Made by a program: the position numbers and the translations under genes. Below are positions 26,616 to 33,329 of a stretch of DNA of 33,329 nucleotides, in pieces. This stretch comes from Anaeromyxobacter sp. (GTDB taxonomy: Bacteria > Myxococcota > Myxococcia > Myxococcales > Anaeromyxobacteraceae), in NCBI GenBank assembly GCA_037441575.1, contig JBBIRX010000005.1, forward strand, positions 1 to 33,329. The letters run 5' to 3'. Every line of letters starts with the position of its first letter. Within the stretch, counting starts at the first letter, position 1. The notes beneath the pieces are model-generated. The model was given only the letters and a program-made list of their open reading frames with translations. It did not search any database and was not told the DNA's origin.

Positions 26616-27878
26616 TCAGGGGAAGGTCAGGTCCAGCGGTCCGGTGATCGAGAACGCGCAGGTGCTGGCCGGGATGTCGGGCGTGGTGGGGGCGCTGAGC
26701 AGCGTGATCGAGCCGGTGGTGGCGTGGGCGGTCGCCTGGTCCGCCAGGCGGATCATCATCAGCGAGACGTCGGGGCCGACCGCCCGGGGGCCCGTCTGCC
26801 AGCCGGCCGGGGTGAACGAGGCCTGCACCTCGTAGGCGCCATCGTTGTAGATGATGGCGTAGACGTTCTGGAAGGAGGCCCAGACGCAGGCCGTGCTCCC
26901 GGCGGAATCGATGAGGGCGGTCTCGAAGACCCCCTTGAGGCTACCCGTCCCGGTGGGCGTGATCGTGCCGGTGGGCGTGCTCAAGGTGGCCAGGGTGGCG
27001 CCGGTCCCGGAGGCGCTGTCGATCCGCCAGGCCGGCGGCGGCGGGAGGTCACCGGTCCGCGTGAGGCCGAAGCTCACGGTGGAGCTGCAGGGCAAGGTGC
27101 CGGTGCCTTGCACCATCGCCTCGTAGGCCGCCCAGGCCGCCGCGCAATCCGTGCCGCTGGCCACGCTGACGTCGATCCGGTCGGTGGCCTGCGCCTGGCC
27201 GTACCCGGTGATGGTGCCGGCGACGTCCCGGCTGACCTGCAAGAAGCAGTTGTACCCGGAGGCGCCTGGCAGCGTCGACACGTCGAAGACCTCGCTGCTG
27301 GTGGCGTGGAAGGTGGCGCCGGAGATGAGCCCGTCCAGGCTGACCGAGAGGTAGGGCGCCGTCGAGAAGTCCGGCGGGCGGAGGCTGAGGGCGTTGCCGG
27401 CGACCACCACCTCGGCCGGGGAGCCGGTCAGCGCGGCGTCGCTGGGCAGCAGGGCGCAGGCGTCGCTCCGGCCGGTCCCCGCGCTCCGCGCGTACAGGCC
27501 GCTCGTCAGGATGGACGGGCTGCTGCAGGCGATCTGGACGCCGGTCACGTCACTGCTGCCCATGGTGCCGACGCCGGCGGTCACCTGGCAGAGCTGGTTG
27601 GGCGCGGTGGGCTGGTCGCGCACCGTGACGGCGTAGGGGCTGGAGGGCGCCAGGGCGTCCGGGAAGTGGAAGGGACCGTTCGCCGAGATGACGAGCGGCG
27701 CCCCGCCGTTCACCAGCAGCACCAGGCCGGAGCCAGTCAGGCCGCTCACGGTCCCGCCCAGCAGGTGCGGTGCGAGGGGATCCGGAGCCGGGGTGGGTGC
27801 CGCCGCGCCGCCTCCGCAGCCGGTGGCGAGCAGGAGGACGAGGAGTGGGCGTGCGGCGCGAAGCTCTTCGAGGACCAT
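26616..27878 (-). CDS. Hypothetical lipoprotein, about 420 aa
   Basis: Signal and lipobox MVLEELRAARPLLVLLLATGC. Thr/Gly/Ser-rich, Cys-containing body. No family recognised. Confidence 0.6.
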   Translation of the reverse strand: MVLEELRAARPLLVLLLATGCGGGAAAPTPAPDPLAPHLLGGTVSGLTGSGLVLLVNGGAPLVISANGPFHFPDALAPSSPYAVTVRDQPTAPNQLCQVTAGVGTMGSSDVTGVQIACSSPSILTSGLYARSAGTGRSDACALLPSDAALTGSPAEVVVAGNALSLRPPDFSTAPYLSVSLDGLISGATFHATSSEVFDVSTLPGASGYNCFLQVSRDVAGTITGYGQAQATDRIDVSVASGTDCAAAWAAYEAMVQGTGTLPCSSTVSFGLTRTGDLPPPPAWRIDSASGTGATLATLSTPTGTITPTGTGSLKGVFETALIDSAGSTACVWASFQNVYAIIYNDGAYEVQASFTPAGWQTGPRAVGPDVSLMMIRLADQATAHATTGSITLLSAPTTPDIPASTCAFSITGPLDLTFP

Positions 27879-28044
27879 GGCTACCCCCAGGGGACCGCGG
27901 CACGCGGCCGCCGAACCGCACATACAGCGCGGGTCCGATCGCGGACAGGTCCGCTTCCGAAAGACAGGTTGGGCCACTCCGGTCCTCCGGTCCGAAGAGG
28001 GCCGCGAATCGCCGCGGGCGCGCCTCGGGACGCCCGCGTCGTCC

Positions 28045-28182
28045 CTCGCGCACCAGGCCGATCACCAGCTCCCGGAAGCGCCCCTGGACGAAGTGGCCGC
28101 TCCGCGTGCCGACGATGGCCCGGAAGACGCGACGGTGGGAGAGGCCGTGCTCGATGAGGCCGCGGGTCGACGCCAGCCGCCC
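28045..28182 (-). pseudogene. Truncated TetR-family paralogue (central fragment only)
   Basis: Encodes [44 protein letters not shown]. The 110-nt core 28058-28167 differs at 4 positions from 22551-22660 in the intact TetR gene. No HTH-coding N-terminus upstream. Confidence 0.6.
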
Positions 28183-28337
28183 AGGTCGCGCGTCGATCGG
28201 ATCGTGTGATCCCTCGGTGTCCCGGCCCCTCTTCCGTGGACCGTCGCACGCGGCGCGGTCAGCGGGTGGCCGGCCGCGCTGGTCGCGGCCCCCTCCCCTC
28301 CGCGCGCTCCCCCCGACCCCCGGCCGTCGCGCGCCCG

Positions 28338-28778
28338 TCAACGAACCCGGCAGCGCATGCAGGTGGCGCTGGCCGGGCACAGGGCCTCGAACTGCGGCAG
28401 CGCCAGCACGCCGGCGGGCACCTCGGAGCGCGGCACCACCTCATAGCCACGGCGCAGGGCGTACTCGCGCGCCGTGGTGGTGAGGAGGTAGAGCGCGTCC
28501 AGCCCGACGCGGCGGGCCAGCTCGTTGGCGCGGTCGTCGAGCTGCGCCCCGAGGCCGTGGCGGCGGAGCGCCGGGGCGACCGCCAGGGAGCGGACCAGCG
28601 CGTCCCGGCCGACGACCTCCAGGGCGATCGAGCCGACGATTCGCCCGTCCTCGACGGCGAGCGTGAAGGCCTGCCGGTCGATCGACACGTCGTCGGCCGG
28701 GAGATCGGCCGCCTGCAGGAACCGGCGGAGCTCCGGCCCGTCGGCCCGGGTCGCCTCGCGGAACTGGATGTCACCCAC
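28338..28778 (-). CDS. arsN2: GNAT N-acetyltransferase, ArsN2-like
   Basis: GNAT core (IVGSIALEVVGRDALVRSLAVAPALRRHGLGAQL), located in an ars cluster downstream of arsP. GTG start 5 nt after AGGAGG. Confidence 0.7.
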   Translation of the reverse strand: MGDIQFREATRADGPELRRFLQAADLPADDVSIDRQAFTLAVEDGRIVGSIALEVVGRDALVRSLAVAPALRRHGLGAQLDDRANELARRVGLDALYLLTTTAREYALRRGYEVVPRSEVPAGVLALPQFEALCPASATCMRCRVR

Positions 28779-28811
28779 CTCGTCCTCCTGGCCCGGCGCG
28801 CCGGTGGCGCG

Positions 28812-29894
28812 TCAGAGCACGGCGTTGAAGAACCAGCCGACCAGCAGGATACCCGCGGAGACCACGCCGATGAACGCCGCGAGGAGGCGAGGGCGGAGGA
28901 CCCGGCGCAGCAGGATGAACTCGGGCAGCGACAGGCCAACCACGGCCATCATGAAGGCGAGCACGGTGCCGAGGGCCGCCCCCTTGGCGAGCAGCGCCTG
29001 GGCGATGGGGATGAGGGTCGCCGTGCCCGCATACATCGGCACGCCGAGGGCCACGGCGGCGGGGACCGTCCACCAGGCGTCGCGCCCCATGAAGCTCGCC
29101 AGGAAGCCCTCCGGGATCCAGCCGTGGATGAAGGCGCCGGCGCCGATCCCCGCCAGGATGGCCGGCCAGGTCCTGGCGACCACCGTCCGGACCGACGTCC
29201 AGCCGGACCAGGCCCGCTCGGCCAGTGAGCCGGGACGCCCCTGCGAGGTGCTGCCCACGCGGCGCTCCTCGAGCACCCAGGGCTCGAGGTGCCGCTCCAG
29301 CCGCAGCCGCCCCAGCACCAGCCCGGCGACGATGGCCACCGCGAGGCCGGTGGCCAGGTAGAGCCCGGCCACCTTCCAGCCGAAGAGCCCGGCCAGGAGG
29401 ACCAGGGCCACCTCGTTGACCATCGGCGCCGACACCAGGAACGAGAAGGTCACGCCCAGCGGGACGCCGGCCTCGACGAAGCCGAGGAACAGCGGCACCG
29501 CCGAGCAGGAGCAGAAGGGCGTGAGGACGCCGAGCGAGGCCGCCAGGACGTTGCCGGCCACCTCCTTGCGGCCCGCCAGGAGCCGCCGGGTCCGCTCGGC
29601 CGTGAACCAGGTGTTGACGATGCCGAGCAGGAAGACCACGGCCACCAGGAGGAGGAGGACCTTGGGGACCTCGTAGAGGAAGAAGGCGGCCGCCGCGCCC
29701 AGGCGGGTGTCCGGCGCCAGGCCGAGGAGCCGGTGCGCCGCGAACCCCGACAGCGGCTCGGCGAGGGCGTAGGCACCGGCCCAGGCCGTGGCGCCGAGCA
29801 GGAGGGCGCGTCCTCCGAGCCTGGGAGGCGCGGCGGGTGCGGCGGTGTTGAGGACGGGCAGCGGGGCGCAGCAGCGGATGGAGGTGTCGGCCAT
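28812..29894 (-). CDS. arsP: ArsP-type permease (UPF0718 family, organoarsenical efflux)
   Basis: Multi-TM protein with the TPFCSCS motif. ATG at 29894 follows GGAGA. The listed ORF extends to a TTG at 29927. Confidence 0.8.
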   Translation of the reverse strand: MADTSIRCCAPLPVLNTAAPAAPPRLGGRALLLGATAWAGAYALAEPLSGFAAHRLLGLAPDTRLGAAAAFFLYEVPKVLLLLVAVVFLLGIVNTWFTAERTRRLLAGRKEVAGNVLAASLGVLTPFCSCSAVPLFLGFVEAGVPLGVTFSFLVSAPMVNEVALVLLAGLFGWKVAGLYLATGLAVAIVAGLVLGRLRLERHLEPWVLEERRVGSTSQGRPGSLAERAWSGWTSVRTVVARTWPAILAGIGAGAFIHGWIPEGFLASFMGRDAWWTVPAAVALGVPMYAGTATLIPIAQALLAKGAALGTVLAFMMAVVGLSLPEFILLRRVLRPRLLAAFIGVVSAGILLVGWFFNAVL

Positions 29895-30042
29895 GGTCGT
29901 CTCCCGGGTCGCCTTATCGTCATTCAACGATATGATGTCAAGCGACCGTTCCGGGGCCGGTGGGGTCCTGCGACAAGGCTGCGCGGAATGTCACCGTGGC
30001 CTGGTTGCGCGCGGCACGCTGAAATCGTAGAGAAACGATGTC

Positions 30043-30393
30043 ATGTCGAACCGATCCCGGAAGGACTCCTGCGCCCCCGTCACCGTCGCCCCCGAGGCGC
30101 CCGACCACCGGCCCGTCGAGGGCGACGAGGCCGACGCCGAGCTGGCCGAGCTGGCCAAGGCCCTCGGCCACCCGGCCCGCGTCCAGATCATGCGGCTCCT
30201 GGTGCGCCGCGAGGCGTGCATCTGCGGCGACATCGTCGACGAGCTGCCGCTGGCCCAGTCCACCGTCTCCCAGCACCTCAAGGTGCTGAAAGAGGCCGGC
30301 CTGGTGAAGGGGGAGATCGACGGCCCCCGCGTCTGCTACTGCGTCGAGCCCCGCCGGCTGCGGCGGCTCAAGGCGCTGGTCGGCAGCCTCTAG
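30043..30393 (+). CDS. arsR: ArsR-family arsenic-responsive repressor
   Basis: Metal-site region EACICGDIV, then [22 protein letters not shown]. Confidence 0.9.
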   Translation: MSNRSRKDSCAPVTVAPEAPDHRPVEGDEADAELAELAKALGHPARVQIMRLLVRREACICGDIVDELPLAQSTVSQHLKVLKEAGLVKGEIDGPRVCYCVEPRRLRRLKALVGSL

Positions 30394-30404
30394 AGGAGCG
30401 CACC

Positions 30405-31520
30405 GTGTCCGCCATCTCCCGCCGCCTGTCGTTCCTCGACCGCTACCTGACCCTCTGGATCTTCCTGGCCATGGGGGCCGGCGTCCTCCTCGGCTGGGCC
30501 GTCCCCGGCGTCGTGCCGGCGCTCGACCGGCTCAGCGTGGGGGCCACCTCCCTCCCCATCGCCATCGGGCTCATCCTCATGATGTACCCGCCCCTCGCCA
30601 AGGTCCGCTACGAGGAGCTGCCGCGGGTCTTCAGGAACGGCAAGGTGCTCGGCCTCTCCCTCGTGCAGAACTGGGTGGTCGGCCCCCTCCTCATGTTCGC
30701 GCTGGCGGTGCTCTTCCTGCGCGACCGGCCCGAGTACATGGTGGGGCTCATCCTGATCGGCCTGGCCCGCTGCATCGCCATGGTCATCGTCTGGAACGAT
30801 CTCGCCAGGGGCGACACCGAGTACTGCGCCGGCCTGGTGGCCTTCAACTCGATCTTCCAGGTGCTCTTCTTCTCGGTCTACGCCTGGGTCTTCATCACCG
30901 TGCTGCCCGGCTGGCTCGGCCTCCGCGGCGCCGAGGTCCACATCACCATCGGGCAGATCGCCCAGAGCGTCTTCGTCTACCTGGGCATCCCGTTCCTGGC
31001 CGGCATGGCCAGCCGCTTCGGCCTCCGGGCGCTGAAGGGCGAGGCCTGGTACCGGCAGGTCTTCATCCCGCGGATCTCGCCCATCACGCTGGTCGCGCTG
31101 CTCTTCACCATCGTGGTCATGTTCTCCCTGAAGGGAGAGACCATCGTCCAGGTGCCGTTCGACGTGGTGCGCATCGCCGCCCCGCTCCTCGTCTACTTCC
31201 TGCTCATGTTCTTCGTCTCGTTCTTCATGAGCCGGAAGCTGGGCGCCTCCTACGGCCAGACCGCCACCCTCTCCTTCACGGCCGCCTCCAACAACTTCGA
31301 GCTGGCCATCGCGGTGGCGGTGGCCACCTTCGGCATGGCCCACGGCGCCGCGTTCGCCGCCGTGATCGGGCCGCTCGTCGAGGTGCCGGTGCTCATCGGG
31401 CTGGTCAACGTGGCCCTCAGGCTCCGCGACCGGTGGTTCCCGGGTGAGGCCGGGGAGCTCGCCAGGGTCGCCAACTGCGCCGTGGCCGTCGAGGGCCCCG
31501 CCGCCGGGAGGGGCCGGTGA
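30405..31520 (+). CDS. acr3: ACR3-family arsenite efflux permease
   Basis: [36 protein letters not shown] (conserved Cys). GTG start after GAGGAG. Confidence 0.9.
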   Translation: MSAISRRLSFLDRYLTLWIFLAMGAGVLLGWAVPGVVPALDRLSVGATSLPIAIGLILMMYPPLAKVRYEELPRVFRNGKVLGLSLVQNWVVGPLLMFALAVLFLRDRPEYMVGLILIGLARCIAMVIVWNDLARGDTEYCAGLVAFNSIFQVLFFSVYAWVFITVLPGWLGLRGAEVHITIGQIAQSVFVYLGIPFLAGMASRFGLRALKGEAWYRQVFIPRISPITLVALLFTIVVMFSLKGETIVQVPFDVVRIAAPLLVYFLLMFFVSFFMSRKLGASYGQTATLSFTAASNNFELAIAVAVATFGMAHGAAFAAVIGPLVEVPVLIGLVNVALRLRDRWFPGEAGELARVANCAVAVEGPAAGRGR

Positions 31521-31963
31521 CCGCCTGGGAGCGGGAGGCAGCCGGGCTCCGCGCCGCGCCGCCGAAGCACCTGCTCTTCCTCTGCGTCGCCAACTCGGCG
31601 CGCAGCCAGATGGCGGAGGGCATCGCCCGCGCGCTCGCGCCCGCCTCGGTGAAGGTCTCCTCGGCCGGCTCACGGCCGTCCCGGCTCAACCCGCTGGCGG
31701 TCCAGGCGCTCGCCGAGATCGGCGTCGACATCTCGGGCCACTGGTCCAAGAGCGTGGACGACGTCCCCCCCGACGGCGTGGACACCGTCATCACGCTCTG
31801 CGCCGACGAGGTCTGCCCGGTCTGGCTCGGGAAGGCCACCCGCCTCCACTGGGGATTGCCCGACCCGGCCCACGCCGGCGCCACCGAGACCGAGCGGCTC
31901 CAGGCCTTCCGCGACGTCCGCGACGAGCTCCGCCGGCGGCTCACCGCGGTGTTCGGGGGCTGA
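31517..31963 (+). CDS. arsC: Arsenate reductase, LMW-PTPase (thioredoxin-coupled) type
   Basis: CX5R(S) loop LCVANSARS and the downstream Cys pair [12 protein letters not shown] overlap with acr3. Confidence 0.9.
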   Translation: MTAWEREAAGLRAAPPKHLLFLCVANSARSQMAEGIARALAPASVKVSSAGSRPSRLNPLAVQALAEIGVDISGHWSKSVDDVPPDGVDTVITLCADEVCPVWLGKATRLHWGLPDPAHAGATETERLQAFRDVRDELRRRLTAVFGG

Positions 31964-32089
31964 CCGGCGGGCTGGCGAGCACGCCCGGCGACGCGGTGGC
32001 GGCGGCCACTCCGCGGTTGACCGGGCCGCGCGGGTCCGGTAACACCATGGTGCCCTTCGTGCTACGTCCGTCCGCTCCCGGGAGTGAGC

Positions 32090-32788
32090 ATGCGCCCCTG
32101 CCCGCCCACGCTGATCGCGCTCGCGCTGGCCGCCGCGCCGTCGCTGGCCACCGCCCACGACCTCTGGCTGGAGCGCGAGGGCGCCGGCTTCACGCTGCGC
32201 TACGGCCACCGCGGCGGCGAGCTGCTGCCCATCGAGCAACCCAAGGTGAAGGCGGTCCGCTGCCTGGAGGGCGCGGCCGCCCGCGACCTCCTCCCCGGCG
32301 CCACCTTCTCGGCGAAGGAGGCCCGGTTCACCGGCCGCTGCGACGCCGCCTCGGCCTGGTTCGACGGCGGCTTCTGGTCCCTCACCCCCGACGGCGAGGT
32401 GAACCGGCCGAAGAACCAGGTGGCGCAGGCGGTCAAGGCCTGGGCCTCGCGGCAGTTCGCCAAGTGGGTGGACGCCCGCTCGACGGCCGCGGCCTCGGCG
32501 GTGCTGGGCGACGAGCTGGAGCTGGTGGCGATGAGCGATCTCTCCAGGGCGCGCGAGGGCACCAAGGTGACGCTGCGGGTGCTCTCCGGCGGGAAGCCGG
32601 TCGCCGGCGCGGTGGTGGCCATCGACCACAAGCCGCTCGGCGAGACCGACAGCGCCGGCGAGGTGCGGGTGAAGCTGCGCACCAGCGCGGTGGAGACCAT
32701 CAGCGCCACGCTTCGCCGGAAGGTGGCCACGCCCGAGGCCGACGCCGTGGTGCTGGAGGCCTCGCTCACCTTCGAGGTGGCGAAGTGA
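32090..32788 (+). CDS. Exported DUF4198-like protein (CbiK/NikK-type periplasmic Ni/Co-binding family)
   Basis: Signal peptide ending SLATA, then HDLWLE, the usual mature N-terminus of DUF4198 proteins. Beta-rich body. ATG 5 nt after GGGAG. Confidence 0.6.
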   Translation: MRPCPPTLIALALAAAPSLATAHDLWLEREGAGFTLRYGHRGGELLPIEQPKVKAVRCLEGAAARDLLPGATFSAKEARFTGRCDAASAWFDGGFWSLTPDGEVNRPKNQVAQAVKAWASRQFAKWVDARSTAAASAVLGDELELVAMSDLSRAREGTKVTLRVLSGGKPVAGAVVAIDHKPLGETDSAGEVRVKLRTSAVETISATLRRKVATPEADAVVLEASLTFEVAK

Positions 32789-33240
32789 AGTGGGGCGCCT
32801 CGCGGGCCGCCCTCGCGGCGGCGGCCCTGTGCCTGGCCGCTCCCGCCGCGGCCCACGAGGTGCTCCACGAGATCGCGCGCGGCAAGGCCGTGGCGGTGAA
32901 GGCCTGGTTCGCCGACGGCGAGGTCCTGGCCTACACCGCCTACGAGGTCTACTCGCCGGCCGACCCGAGGATCCCCTGGCAGAAGGGGCGCACCGATCGC
33001 GGCGGCTGGCTGGCCTTCGTGCCCGACGCGCCCGGCCCCTGGCGGGTCAAGGTGATCGACGACACCGGCCACGGGCTCGACCTCGAGGTGGACGCCTCCG
33101 GCGCCGACACCTCGCCGGCCTCCGCCACCCCCGCCTCCAGCGCCGCCTTCGTGCTCCGCCCGCTGGTCGGCCTCGCCGTCATCGCCACCGTCTTCGCCGC
33201 CCTGTACCTCGGGTACCGGCGCCGGGGCCCCACGACGTGA
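32785..33240 (+). CDS. Exported protein with C-terminal membrane anchor, possible metal-binding
   Basis: Signal peptide ...LAAPAAA|HEVLHE, C-terminal TM segment LVGLAVIATVFAALYLGY followed by RRR. GTGA overlap with the upstream gene. Confidence 0.5.
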   Translation: MKWGASRAALAAAALCLAAPAAAHEVLHEIARGKAVAVKAWFADGEVLAYTAYEVYSPADPRIPWQKGRTDRGGWLAFVPDAPGPWRVKVIDDTGHGLDLEVDASGADTSPASATPASSAAFVLRPLVGLAVIATVFAALYLGYRRRGPTT

Positions 33241-33329
33241 CCCGCCGCCTCGCCCGCCTCGCCGCCGCCCTGGCGCTCTTCGCCGCCGGCCCGGCCCGGG
33301 CCCACCACGGCACCGCCGCCGTCTCCGCC
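33237..33329 (+). CDS. 5' fragment of a further exported or membrane protein (continues beyond the window)
   Basis: GTG overlapping the previous stop (GTGA). VTRRLARLAAALALFAAGPARA|HHGTAAVSA looks like a signal peptide followed by His-His. Confidence 0.35.
   Translation, partial: MTRRLARLAAALALFAAGPARAHHGTAAVSA

Noticed and set aside
23699-26835. Alternative-frame giants over the permease gene (24064..26835 plus, 23699..25726 minus)
   Set aside because: They are Arg/Gly/Pro-rich with no TM segments or motifs, whereas the 23765..26140 frame gives a coherent FtsX-type permease.
26427-28380. ORFs 26427..28157 (plus) and 27550..28380 (minus)
   Set aside because: The first is antisense to the lipoprotein gene with junk composition. 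The second is only meaningful over the short TetR-like fragment, which I report as a pseudogene.
29289-30404. N-terminal 372 codons of the 743-aa ORF that ends as acr3
   Set aside because: This part is antisense to arsP and crosses the arsR gene out of frame. acr3 starts at GTG 30405 with its own RBS.
31444-32784. First 447 codons of the 598-aa ORF 31444..33240
   Set aside because: It overlaps arsC and the DUF4198-like gene out of frame with Arg/Gly/Pro junk. Only the part from GTG 32785 has a signal peptide and sensible composition.

Overview
Very GC-rich bacterial chromosomal segment, roughly 70-75% G+C by eye. The gene content (eukaryote-like Ser/Thr kinase, TPR proteins, long Arg/Pro-rich shadow ORFs in every frame) looks myxobacterial, Anaeromyxobacter-like; this is inference only. 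Bases 1-14100 are mostly housekeeping: Fic fragment, nfo, DHH phosphoesterase, kinase plus TPR protein, a probable 6S RNA upstream of 5-formyl-THF cyclo-ligase, YmdB-like phosphoesterase, vapBC, tyrS, a ParB-like protein, rlmE, ferredoxin, a ThDP enzyme and an OmpA-family lipoprotein. At 14140 there is a tRNA-Pro(GGG). Its 3' 44 nt are repeated exactly 3.7 kb downstream, so they bracket a small integrase-less insertion. That insertion carries two genes I cannot assign plus an excisionase-HTH/RHH/PIN operon, and an AbiEi/AbiEii module follows it directly. This tRNA-Pro hotspot (14.1-19.9 kb) is my best candidate for something undescribed, but I could run no homology or structure search. The right half is accessory detox and transport: ArsR-SRPBCC-VOC, a secreted redoxin, TetR with a MacB-type ABC pump, an orphan lipoprotein next to a truncated TetR paralogue, a divergent ars cluster (arsP-arsN2 / arsR-acr3-arsC), and a translationally coupled run of exported proteins whose predicted mature N-termini begin with His. 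I saw no rRNA, CRISPR array, transposase, recombinase or reverse transcriptase. All coordinates, folds and alignments were done by hand.
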